Source: Candidatus Thorarchaeota archaeon
Lineage (GTDB): Archaea; Asgardarchaeota; Thorarchaeia; Thorarchaeales; Thorarchaeaceae
Direction: 5' to 3'
Length of the DNA stretch: 22,721 nucleotides
Assembly (NCBI GenBank): GCA_048882385.1
Contig: JBHLRQ010000026.1
Coordinates: forward strand, 1-22,721
The notes beneath the pieces are model-generated. The model was given only the letters and a program-made list of their open reading frames with translations. It had not been told where the DNA came from and did no database searches. The position numbers and the translations under genes are program-made. Below, one piece after another: positions 1-8,673 of the stretch (the first letter of the stretch is position 1; each line of letters begins with the position of its first letter).

Positions 1-195
1 GCACAAAAACTAGCTGACATGGAAGAAGTCTGGGACCTCTATCGCACTAGTGAGGACTATTCATTGTTTGCGACCATCCGAACAGAAAGTATTGAGTCAT
101 TCAATCGCTTCCTTCGAAAATTATACGAAAATGATAGTGTTTTGGATACAAAATCCTACATATCGCTAGAGGAATGGTTTGTTTCCTCTCACTAG
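1..195 (+). CDS. Lrp/AsnC family transcriptional regulator, C-terminal ligand-binding (RAM) domain; 5-prime truncated by window edge
   Basis: Not in ORF track. Frame +1 is open from base 1 to TAG at 193-195: AQKLADMEEVWDLYRTSEDYSLFATIRTESIESFNRFLRKLYENDSVLDTKSYISLEEWFVSSH. This matches the Lrp/AsnC C-terminal pattern (L..M.EV...Y..sg.yd......v..t.t.i.l). Confidence 0.8.
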   Translation, partial: AQKLADMEEVWDLYRTSEDYSLFATIRTESIESFNRFLRKLYENDSVLDTKSYISLEEWFVSSH

Positions 196-770
196 GTTGA
201 ACGAGAATAGCCGAGCCAGTGGTTATACCAGAGGTTATCCTTCCAGTATCTCGCCAGAATAAGCACCCACCAAACAATCATGATTAAACTTGTCACCGCA
301 TTGGCCAATCTAAATGGAACGCCACTGAGATTTCCAAATGGGGCAAAAAAGAGGACCAGTGGCCCAACAACATCAAAGGGATCAATCCATGGCCACAAAA
401 TTGGATTATACCAGTGCATCGGATAATCTAGCAACAGATGTGAAAGTACACCAATCAGACAGGACACAACAAGCATCTTTGATAACCCAGTAGTTTCTTT
501 CAACCTTTCCTGATCCACACTAAAGAGTGTTGAGATTAATGGAGTATAGAGGAGCCATGTGACAGTGACTGCTATGAGAGTGCCAACTATGATCGCCCCA
601 ATCAGACTATGAAGGAAGAGGTGGTCTGGTAAATCACTGAAGAAGATCCACATCAATGGCACTTCAATGTCTGGAATCACAGAACCAACAATCAATCCGG
701 GAAGGGATAGTTTCTTGTCAATTTTTGAAAGACCATGGGCAAGAGGATAATGAAGTGGTGTAACGGGCAT
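192..770 (-). CDS. DUF4184 / YdjM-like membrane-bound putative metal-dependent hydrolase
   Basis: N-terminal MPxTPxH, GSVIPD, HS and SHLLLD motifs with several hydrophobic segments. Confidence 0.7.
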   Translation of the reverse strand: MPVTPLHYPLAHGLSKIDKKLSLPGLIVGSVIPDIEVPLMWIFFSDLPDHLFLHSLIGAIIVGTLIAVTVTWLLYTPLISTLFSVDQERLKETTGLSKMLVVSCLIGVLSHLLLDYPMHWYNPILWPWIDPFDVVGPLVLFFAPFGNLSGVPFRLANAVTSLIMIVWWVLILARYWKDNLWYNHWLGYSRST

Positions 771-859
771 GTGCCTGACCTCTGGATGTCAGAACGATAC
801 ATCACATTTCAATACTCTTAAAGAAGAACAGTTGTACTGCTTTGCCAAGGTGTAGATTA

Positions 860-1387
860 ATGGGATTATACGAGTTTAATGGTAAGTCACCCCGAGTCGA
901 CCCAGAAGCTTACGTATCACCGAGAGCATCGCTAATTGGAGATATTGAAGTTGGTCCTGATTCGACTATTTGGGAGTCTGCAGTCATAAGAGCTGATATG
1001 AACTACATACGAATTGGAAAAGGAACATCAATTCAAGACAATGTCACTGTACATACTACCTTCATGAATCCCACAATTGTAGGCGATTATGTAACTGCAG
1101 GACATAATTGTGTAATTCACGCCTGTGAGATTGGAGACCATACTGTGATTGGAATGGGTGCGATTGTGTTAGATGGTGCAAAGGTCGGAAAGGACTGTGT
1201 AATTGGAGCTGGCTCAGTCGTCACTGAAGGCAAGGTTATACCTGATGGCAGCTTAGTGCTAGGTGTACCAGGTAAAGTCGTCAAAGAGATATCAGATCCA
1301 ATGAAAGAAGCATTCATGGCTGGAGCCGAGCTCTATATCGAGCTAGGTAAGCAACACAAGAACTCCGGGTCTGGAAAATCTGAATAA
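860..1387 (+). CDS. Gamma-carbonic anhydrase family hexapeptide-repeat protein (YrdA/CaiE/PaaY-like)
   Basis: Left-handed beta-helix repeats, IRAD, IQDN..VH and GH..VIHAC His ligands, GVPGK. ATG at 860 is preceded by an SD-like AGGTG, so it is preferred over TTG 842. Confidence 0.9.
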   Translation: MGLYEFNGKSPRVDPEAYVSPRASLIGDIEVGPDSTIWESAVIRADMNYIRIGKGTSIQDNVTVHTTFMNPTIVGDYVTAGHNCVIHACEIGDHTVIGMGAIVLDGAKVGKDCVIGAGSVVTEGKVIPDGSLVLGVPGKVVKEISDPMKEAFMAGAELYIELGKQHKNSGSGKSE

Positions 1388-1389
1388 GC

Positions 1390-1938
1390 TCACCAAGGTC
1401 CTGGTCCTTCCTCATCTCGCTTCACTATCTTAGTATCCAAATCTGACGGTTCCCTGGGTTGAACCATCTTCCATGCTGCAATACACAGAATCAGGGGAAT
1501 TGCTATGAACAACGGGACAAATAGTATGATGAGAATAATTATGACACATAATCCCCAATCTTCTGTTTGAACTCTTGCTGGAGCAGGCTCTTTCACCAAG
1601 ATGACATTCTCACCATCAGCATCAATAGCCGAACCACAGTTCTGACAGCTCACCCTCCCGTCATCGAGTCTGTGTTCATCTGTGTAAATGTACTTAGAAC
1701 CACAAATTGGGCATCTTACTCTTACTGCGTCAATGGTTTCACTCAGGAAGTGTATTGATGGTTTAATTGCGTCTGTATCATCAGCTGTAGATGATAATCC
1801 ACTAGTACCTGTCTGTGTTGAAAAACGCTTTCCGCAATTCTGGCATTCGACTTTATTTGAGTCATCGATCTTGTCAAATGAATACCTATAGATTGCACCA
1901 CAACTTGGACATTTCAATTTTTGACCAGCTGAAGTCAT
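1390..1938 (-). CDS. Membrane protein with two MJ0042-like zinc-ribbon domains and a C-terminal transmembrane segment
   Basis: Two CPxC..(~18)..V.CQNC units (CPSC/CQNC, CPIC/CQNC), then hydrophobic WGLCVIIILIILFVPLFIAIPLILCIAAW. ATG at 1938 has GGGAG upstream. Confidence 0.75.
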   Translation of the reverse strand: MTSAGQKLKCPSCGAIYRYSFDKIDDSNKVECQNCGKRFSTQTGTSGLSSTADDTDAIKPSIHFLSETIDAVRVRCPICGSKYIYTDEHRLDDGRVSCQNCGSAIDADGENVILVKEPAPARVQTEDWGLCVIIILIILFVPLFIAIPLILCIAAWKMVQPREPSDLDTKIVKRDEEGPGPW

Positions 1939-2070
1939 GATCCCGCTCCCAATCAATAACTGTAAGAATTGGTTAAATACCTAGCTGCTATTCTAATGAA
2001 ACAATGGACCAAGTTTCATCGGACAAATCTAATATTATGCTTTGTACCTCCAAAAGTGAGGAATGCGTCA

Positions 2071-2844
2071 ATGCATCGAAGACAACTACTCCTATTGACC
2101 TCTATTGTACTATCATTGTTCGTTTTGGTTGGAACAGTATCCGCTCAATCAAGTCTTGTTGCTAACATCACAAGAACAGATGAGCACGTTTGGGGTGGAA
2201 ATACTAACGACTACGTGGCTGAACTGGATGCAGGGCATTGGACAGTGGTTGTTGATACAGAATCATTCTGGGGTCTTGAGGTCAAGATTACAGTGGCTAC
2301 TGATAGTGGCTATACCGACATTATAGCAGAGAGTGGAACTGATTATGGAAATTATCCCTCTGTTGATTTTGATTTGACATCAAACAGAACATTATACATT
2401 GGTGTCACTGAAAACTCAGTCTATTCTGATGGTAGTGGTTTCTACGACATAGGAGTTTATGATGACTCTCATATACCTGGTTTCTTCGAATCCTTGGATC
2501 TATTCGACTGGATATTCCTCCTAATTGTTGCATCAATTCTAGTTCCTCTATGTCTTGGTCTGTTTGCCTGTCGAAGAGTTCGCCGATCGACTCGACCAAT
2601 ACAAATGGGTCGTCGAAGGAGGACTGACAGTATTCTAGTCGAGGTTCCAATACATGCAATTCCTGATGACCAGCAGGAGAGTGTTATGACGCATGGAAGT
2701 AGGACCACCACAGTTCGATTGCCCCTGAACTGTCCATCATGTGACGCTGTTGTATCACATGAGAGTGTTGATTGGGTGGGTCCACTTGAGGCTAAGTGTA
2801 GCTATTGTGGTGCGACTATGCGTGCCACATTCGAAAACATATGA
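2071..2844 (+). CDS. Type I membrane protein: signal peptide, extracellular beta (PPC-like) domain, TM helix, cytoplasmic zinc ribbon
   Basis: MHRRQLLLLTSIVLSLFVLVGTVSA signal with VSA cleavage site; TM WIFLLIVASILVPLCLGLFAC followed by an Arg-rich stop-transfer; C-terminal CPSC...CSYC. ATG 2071 with GAGG upstream is preferred over 1969. Confidence 0.7.
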   Translation: MHRRQLLLLTSIVLSLFVLVGTVSAQSSLVANITRTDEHVWGGNTNDYVAELDAGHWTVVVDTESFWGLEVKITVATDSGYTDIIAESGTDYGNYPSVDFDLTSNRTLYIGVTENSVYSDGSGFYDIGVYDDSHIPGFFESLDLFDWIFLLIVASILVPLCLGLFACRRVRRSTRPIQMGRRRRTDSILVEVPIHAIPDDQQESVMTHGSRTTTVRLPLNCPSCDAVVSHESVDWVGPLEAKCSYCGATMRATFENI

Positions 2845-2852
2845 GAGATACA

Positions 2853-2878
2853 TGGGGAGGTTTCCCTCTCCAGTTTCT
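2853..2878. terminator. Hairpin between convergent genes (TGGGGAGG-TTTC-CCTCTCCA)
   Basis: Imperfect 8-bp stem in the 39-bp gap between the stops at 2844 (+) and 2884 (-); GAAA loop on the minus strand. Confidence 0.5.
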
Positions 2879-2883
2879 AACTA

Positions 2884-3525
2884 CTAGTCAAAAATCTTCA
2901 AGAGTTCATAGCCCTGAAATACTGACCACAGTACTAATGAATAGACTGCAACTTTTTGCCAGAGGGCAGTCCCAAAGTATTCGGACATAACTCCAAACAT
3001 ACCGAATATGTGAAGTATACAGATTACCACGACGATGAATCCAATCCCTGCATAGATGTTCTTGTACTCACTGTTCATGACGATAGCAATTGAATAGCAC
3101 AGAATTCCAGCCATAATGAGTATGAAGAAGAGCCTTGTAGTGTTTCCATGTATATCAGGAGCTTCATTCCCTGCAAAGATTGCTAGTGCTGAGAGATTGG
3201 GTGCAGCACAAAGACCTAGAAAAGTACCTAATCCACTTAGTACTTTGAGACCTGTCGTTTCTGTGAATAATGTACGCATAGAAAACAGGAAGGTAATCAA
3301 ACATACGGCAGCACCTGTGCACGCTGTTACAAACAAGAAATAGTTCAACATTGATGGTGTGCTATCGATTATAGTATGTCCAAGTGCGCTAAAGGAGTTT
3401 AGGAAAAAGTTGTATCCCCCTGGATAGGTCAGCATTGCAATGAATGTTGCAACAACAAAGATGATTCCAGAAAGAATCCCCAGATATGCTCCAATTCTTT
3501 TCCAAGAAGGCGACAATCCAACCAC
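2884..3525 (-). CDS. DUF998 family multi-pass membrane protein
   Basis: YPGGY.F..N.FS.LG motif, a conserved His (DIHG), WQK motif and about six TM helices. Confidence 0.7.
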   Translation of the reverse strand: MVGLSPSWKRIGAYLGILSGIIFVVATFIAMLTYPGGYNFFLNSFSALGHTIIDSTPSMLNYFLFVTACTGAAVCLITFLFSMRTLFTETTGLKVLSGLGTFLGLCAAPNLSALAIFAGNEAPDIHGNTTRLFFILIMAGILCYSIAIVMNSEYKNIYAGIGFIVVVICILHIFGMFGVMSEYFGTALWQKVAVYSLVLWSVFQGYELLKIFD

Positions 3526-3591
3526 CTCTAAATGAATGTGTATAGGAATCCAATCCTCTGCCAGTACTCCCTAATAAAACAATCAGGAGAA

Positions 3592-5340
3592 CTATTTACC
3601 TCTCTTTTCAAGCTCCTCCTCCAAGAGTACACGTCTGAGGACCTTTCCAATATTACTCAACGGAAGTGTATCCCTAAATTCGACCTCTTTCGGTCTCTTG
3701 TATCCGGCCATCCTGTCCCTTGCCCACTCAATGAACTCATCCTCAGTGGCTGTTTCTCCCTCTTTCAGAACGATGTAGGCTTTGACATACTCATTACTGG
3801 AATCCTCTATTCTTGGTATTCCCACAGCAGCTGCCAGCTTCACCTTTGGATGAGTGAATAGAATGTCCTCAATCTCCCGTGGGTATGCCTTCATCCCACC
3901 TACATTGATCATCTGTTTCTTTCTGTCACTGATGTACGTATATCCCAGCTCATCCATGTAGCCAAGGTCTCCAGTGAGGAAGAATCGCTTTCCATTGATT
4001 TCACGCATGACATTCTCGGTTTCTTCAGGCTTCCTCCAGTAACCCTTGAAAACCTGCGGTCCATGTATAGCAATCTCGCCAATCTCACCAATGGGCATCT
4101 CTTTTGTTCCAGTATCAATATCAAGAATCCTGCAGTCAGTATCAGGCAGTGGAAGTCCAATTGATCCAAACTTACGATATTTCTTGCTGGTTGGATTGAT
4201 GTGGGTGACAGGTGAGGTTTCTGTGAGACCATACCCTTCAAACACTAATGCGCCTGTTACAGCCTCGAATCCTTTTGCCACTTCTGGTGGTAAAGGAGCT
4301 GCTCCTGAGCCACAGATGCTGATTTCAGACAAATCATATTTGCCTACATCTGGATGATTCGCGATTCCTGCGTAGAGTGCAGGTACGCAATTGAACACAG
4401 TACACTTTGTCCTCTCAAGTTCCTTCAACAGATCTGTGAGTGGGGGTTTTCCGGATCGAGGATCAGGAATAGCCACAAGCTGGCCTGCATACCAAGTCGC
4501 TGAAAGCAAGCTGAGAGTCATACCATAACTGTGGTACCATGGTATAGCTCCGACATACACTTCCTCTCCGTATCTGGTACCTCCATCTCTTCCAACATCC
4601 TCTTCTTTCATATAGACCCATTCAACTATCTGAAGCAAATTTGATGTAAAATTATAATGAGAGAGCTCTGCTCCCTTTGGGGTGCCTGTAGTTCCACCGG
4701 TGTAGATTATTACTGCAGTGCTTTTTGGATCTATCTTGACATCAGGTGGCTTTGGCTCGTATTGGACAAGAATGTCCTCATAGAAGAGTGTCTTGTCCTC
4801 CTCATAGTAAGGGCTCTTGGGAACCTTCCCTAGAAGACCTCCAATGAACGCCGTTGCTTTTGAAAGGAACGGCTTGACGCTACAAACAACCACAGTACTG
4901 ACTTGAGTACCTTTGATAGCTTCGTATGCAGTTGGTGTGAAAGTTGGATGATCTAGCGCAAATACAATCTTTGAGTCAGTGTCATTCAACTGGAAGTTCA
5001 GTTCATTCGCTTTGTACATTGGATTGCATGTCACAACCTTCGCTCCTGTCCTCAAAATCCCGAAATAAATGGCTGGGAAGTGGGGCACATTAGGGAGAAA
5101 AATCGCGACACTATCACCTTCCTTGATACCTTTGTTAGCTAGGAAGTTTGCAATCCTGTCGGAATGCTCCTTGACCTCTCTGAATGTCTGTTTCTTTCCC
5201 ATAAAGATAGTATAGGGGAGGTCTCCGCTCTTCTCTGCTGCTCTATCTAGCATCGCAAACAATGGTTCTTCAGGATACTCAATTGTTGTAGGTGCAGTCT
5301 TCGGCCAGGCTTCTTTCTTCTGCCAATATAGCTCATCCAT
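3592..5340 (-). CDS. fadD: Long-chain fatty acid--CoA ligase (FadD-like), paralog 1
   Basis: AMP-binding signature YTGGTTGTPKG, EGYGLTETSP, TGDLG, DRKK.MI, YPREIE, GKVLRR. ATG 5340 (MDELYW) aligns with the start of the paralog. Confidence 0.92.
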   Translation of the reverse strand: MDELYWQKKEAWPKTAPTTIEYPEEPLFAMLDRAAEKSGDLPYTIFMGKKQTFREVKEHSDRIANFLANKGIKEGDSVAIFLPNVPHFPAIYFGILRTGAKVVTCNPMYKANELNFQLNDTDSKIVFALDHPTFTPTAYEAIKGTQVSTVVVCSVKPFLSKATAFIGGLLGKVPKSPYYEEDKTLFYEDILVQYEPKPPDVKIDPKSTAVIIYTGGTTGTPKGAELSHYNFTSNLLQIVEWVYMKEEDVGRDGGTRYGEEVYVGAIPWYHSYGMTLSLLSATWYAGQLVAIPDPRSGKPPLTDLLKELERTKCTVFNCVPALYAGIANHPDVGKYDLSEISICGSGAAPLPPEVAKGFEAVTGALVFEGYGLTETSPVTHINPTSKKYRKFGSIGLPLPDTDCRILDIDTGTKEMPIGEIGEIAIHGPQVFKGYWRKPEETENVMREINGKRFFLTGDLGYMDELGYTYISDRKKQMINVGGMKAYPREIEDILFTHPKVKLAAAVGIPRIEDSSNEYVKAYIVLKEGETATEDEFIEWARDRMAGYKRPKEVEFRDTLPLSNIGKVLRRVLLEEELEKRGK

Positions 5341-5443
5341 TACTCTCAACTCTCACTAATCTATTCGAAATCAGTACGATAACTTAGCTGTCCCGTATAG
5401 CTTTCCTTCCTGATATTTGTTGAGGATGCCTTTGAATGACTAC

Positions 5444-5497
5444 AAAATGAATGAAAAAGAAAGAAGTTGGGGAGGGCAAATACCATCCCCAGTTTCT
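5444..5497 (-). terminator. Hairpin plus U-rich tract downstream of fadD paralog 2
   Basis: Minus strand reads TGGGGATGG-TATTTG-CCCTCCCCA followed by ACTTCTTTCTTTTTCATTCATTTT, starting just after the stop at 5505. Confidence 0.6.
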
Positions 5498-5504
5498 CAT
5501 AGAT

Positions 5505-7244
5505 TTACTTTTTTGCTAGCTCAGCTTCACGTAGCTCTCTTCTGAGGACTTTCCCAACTTGGGTCATGGGCAGCGAGTCGACAAATACAACCTCTTTTGG
5601 TCTTTTGTACCCCGCCATCTTTTCTTTCGCCCATGCGATGAACTCATCCTCAGTGGCTGTTTCTCCCTCTTTCAAAACGATATACGCCTTTACATATTCG
5701 TTTGTAGGGTCGTCTTCCCTTGGTAAACCAATGACTGCAGCCATGGCCACCTTAGGATGCTCGAAGAAGATGTCCTCAATCTCTCGTGGATACGCCTTCA
5801 GACCGCCGACATTGATCATGTCCTTCTTACGGTCGGAAATGACAAAGAATCCATCTTCATCAATGTGACCAATGTCACCTGTGAGGAAGTATCGCTTACC
5901 ATTGATTTCACGCATAACTTCCTTTGTTTCATCAGGTTTGTTCCAGTAGCCTGTCATGACTTGAGGTCCACTAATGGCAATCTCACCGGTTTCTCCCTGT
6001 TTCAGTTCCTTCTTGCCAGTATCTATGTCCAATATTGTGGCGTAGGTGTCTGGTAGAGGAACGCCTATAGAACCAAACTTTCGCAATGATTTGAGTGCAG
6101 GATTAGCATGGGTCATCGGAGACGTTTCAGTCAGACCATATCCTTCAAAGAGTGTTGCTCCACTCACATCCTCGAATCGCTTACAAAGCTCAGGAGGTAA
6201 TGGTGCAGCTCCAGAACCACAGGCTTTGAGACTGGACAGGTCATACTTTCCTACATTTGGATTGTTAACCATCCCTGCATATAGCGCAGGAACACAATGC
6301 ATAATGGTGCCCTTGTATTTCTGAATATCCGCCAGTAGTTCACTCAATGGAGGTTTGCCAGCTCTTGGGTCTGGTATACATATCAATGAGCTTCCCATAA
6401 CATAGGAGGCAATCATTGTTAGTGTCAATCCATAGCTGTGGTACCAAGGTAGAGCTCCGACAAACACCTCTTTTCCTGGCTTTAGTTTTTCAGGGGGTCC
6501 TCCTCCTTTGGGTTCAAGTTGTACCCACTCATCAAATTGCATGACATTACTGTAGAGATTGTGATGAGTCAACATCGCACCTTTCGGTGTCCCAGTAGTT
6601 CCTCCAGTGTAGAGTATGAGTGCAAGGTCTTCTTTTGGTTTGACTGACACATCAGGAGCCTTTGGTTCATATTGCTCAACGATATCATCATAGAATTCTG
6701 TAAATTCCTCGTAATAGTCACCCTTGGGAATCTTCCCTAGAAGGCCTCCTAGAACCGCTTTCACTTTTGGTAAGTATCTCTTGATACTACAGATTACATG
6801 GACCTTGACATCAGTACCTTTCACTGCTTCATAGGATGTTGGTGTGAAGGATGGATGATCAAAGACAAAAACCGCCTTTGCTCCAGAATCTTTCAGTTGA
6901 AAATTCAGTTCATTCGCCTTATACGAAGGATTACATGTGACAGCAGTTGCTCCACTCTTGAGAATACCGAAGAAGATTGGGGGATAGTGAGGTGTGTTTG
7001 GTAGGAATATCGCAACTTTGTCACCCTTACCAATACCCTTGCTTGCCAGGAAGTTGGCAATTCTATCCGCATGATCCTTGACTTCAGCAAAAGAGTGCAT
7101 TATTCCATCATAGATTGTTGAAGGCGCACCTGGATGTTCAGTAGCAATTTTATCTAAGATGGCAAAAAGTGGCTCTTCAGGATAGTCCAGTGACTTCTTG
7201 ACAGTTTTTGGCCACCTTTTTTTATGCCATAGCATTTCTTCCAT
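5505..7244 (-). CDS. fadD: Long-chain fatty acid--CoA ligase (FadD-like), paralog 2
   Basis: YTGGTTGTPKG, EGYGLTETSP, TGDIG, DRKKDMI, GKVLRR; collinear with and highly similar to 3592-5340. Confidence 0.92.
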   Translation of the reverse strand: MEEMLWHKKRWPKTVKKSLDYPEEPLFAILDKIATEHPGAPSTIYDGIMHSFAEVKDHADRIANFLASKGIGKGDKVAIFLPNTPHYPPIFFGILKSGATAVTCNPSYKANELNFQLKDSGAKAVFVFDHPSFTPTSYEAVKGTDVKVHVICSIKRYLPKVKAVLGGLLGKIPKGDYYEEFTEFYDDIVEQYEPKAPDVSVKPKEDLALILYTGGTTGTPKGAMLTHHNLYSNVMQFDEWVQLEPKGGGPPEKLKPGKEVFVGALPWYHSYGLTLTMIASYVMGSSLICIPDPRAGKPPLSELLADIQKYKGTIMHCVPALYAGMVNNPNVGKYDLSSLKACGSGAAPLPPELCKRFEDVSGATLFEGYGLTETSPMTHANPALKSLRKFGSIGVPLPDTYATILDIDTGKKELKQGETGEIAISGPQVMTGYWNKPDETKEVMREINGKRYFLTGDIGHIDEDGFFVISDRKKDMINVGGLKAYPREIEDIFFEHPKVAMAAVIGLPREDDPTNEYVKAYIVLKEGETATEDEFIAWAKEKMAGYKRPKEVVFVDSLPMTQVGKVLRRELREAELAKK

Positions 7245-7276
7245 ATTTGTTCGTCTCCATATCTCTCGTCTATAAT

Positions 7277-7300
7277 CTTTAGTCAGAATTTTGACTAGAG
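7277..7300. promoter_or_regulatory. 24-bp imperfect palindrome (candidate operator) in the divergent fadD / dehydratase intergenic region
   Basis: CTTTAGTCAGAATTTTGACTAGAG versus its reverse complement CTCTAGTCAAAATTCTGACTAAAG: 10 of 12 pairs are complementary. Confidence 0.5.
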
Positions 7301-7452
7301 GATGTCAACTACGACTGCAATTGCTATTGATAATTCCTTCCACAGGTCGTTTTTGGCTCAAAACTGTGAAAATATCGAATTCTGAAGAACTAGCACAACA
7401 ATTAAGATACTGATTGCCAATTTTCCAGTATTAATACCAAAACCCCAACCAT

Positions 7453-8673
7453 TTGAAAGAGGCACTCAATTTGAACTATGAAGGAGTCATTGAACAATCA
7501 TCGGTGGGACTGAAAGAACTGGTTGAATCAGGTGAAGAGATAATTGGGTACATCTATCCACACTTCCCATTAGAACTCTTTATGGCACATGGGTTCACAC
7601 CTTCACTTATTAGGGCACTACCTGGGATTGCGAGTGGATATGAAGAAAGTCTTCAGACCTTCGCATGTTCATATATACGGAACCTCTATAGTCAACGCGC
7701 AAATGGACAATTTCTAACTCTTGCTGGATTAGTGTTTCCAGGAAACACGTGTGATGCCCTTCAAAATCTTGGGGATGTTTGGAGAGTTCGATTTCCTGAT
7801 GATCGAGTGTTTCGCCTGACTTACCCCGTGACAAGGCATAGCCAAGATGATTCAGCAACAAAGTTCCTGACTGAAGAGCTTAGAATCCTGAGTGAAACCA
7901 TCTCTACCACATTCAACAGACCTTTTCTTACTGAAAGCTATGATCGCGCAGTCGAACTTGTTCAAGACTTTCGCAATAGTGCACAGTTTCTTTACTCAGC
8001 AAGAGTGGTTAATCCAAAGATAATCCCCTTTGCTGATGTTGTTCGCTTTGTTAGGAGTTTCCTGACAGCTCCAACCATCTCATCTGTTTCAGCAGTCAAG
8101 GATGCTGCAACAATGGTAAAATCCACAGCAGAAACTCTTGGGATTTTAGACAGCATCGAATCTGTGAAACACGCAATAAAAACTGGTGATTATTCTGGAG
8201 TGACATTTCCAGAAGGTCTTGAAACACCTCGTGTAGTGATTGCAGGCGGAATGGTTGAGCCTCAAGCCATTGCCACTCTGGTAGATGAAATTTCTGATGT
8301 TGCAGACTCCGTTATTGTATTAGATCTCCTATCATTTGGGTTCAAGACGGTGTTTACTGAGTCTCCTGCCAAGTCTGAAGATCCATTCTTGGCGATGGCA
8401 AAATCTGTTTTGACTACTCCAGGCGAACCAACTCATGAAGGTCTTTCATACCGAATGGATGTGATGAAAGGACTTCTTGCAAACCTCTCAATTCAAGGGC
8501 TTATAGTTTGTGAACAGTCATTTTGCGATCCTGATCAATTCGAAGCACCGTCCATAGAAAGAGCCGCCTCAAAATTGAATGTCAAAACAGTTCGTGTGCC
8601 TTTGGACCCTGAACTTAGTGATCGAGGTCGTATCGAAACACGGATACAGACTTTCCTAGAAACTTTGGAGTGA
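7453..8673 (+). CDS. hgdB: 2-hydroxyacyl-CoA dehydratase family subunit (HgdB/HadC/BcrC-like, beta type)
   Basis: Cluster-ligating cysteines in QTFACSY, GNTCDALQ and FCDPDQFE; PLEL..A.G motif; C-terminal RIQTFLE. The true start may be TTG 7471. Confidence 0.82.
   Translation: MKEALNLNYEGVIEQSSVGLKELVESGEEIIGYIYPHFPLELFMAHGFTPSLIRALPGIASGYEESLQTFACSYIRNLYSQRANGQFLTLAGLVFPGNTCDALQNLGDVWRVRFPDDRVFRLTYPVTRHSQDDSATKFLTEELRILSETISTTFNRPFLTESYDRAVELVQDFRNSAQFLYSARVVNPKIIPFADVVRFVRSFLTAPTISSVSAVKDAATMVKSTAETLGILDSIESVKHAIKTGDYSGVTFPEGLETPRVVIAGGMVEPQAIATLVDEISDVADSVIVLDLLSFGFKTVFTESPAKSEDPFLAMAKSVLTTPGEPTHEGLSYRMDVMKGLLANLSIQGLIVCEQSFCDPDQFEAPSIERAASKLNVKTVRVPLDPELSDRGRIETRIQTFLETLE

Noticed and set aside
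5432-5456. TGAATGA twice, reminiscent of a Bacillus FadR half-site
   Set aside because: Direct rather than inverted orientation, and it overlaps the U-rich terminator tract.
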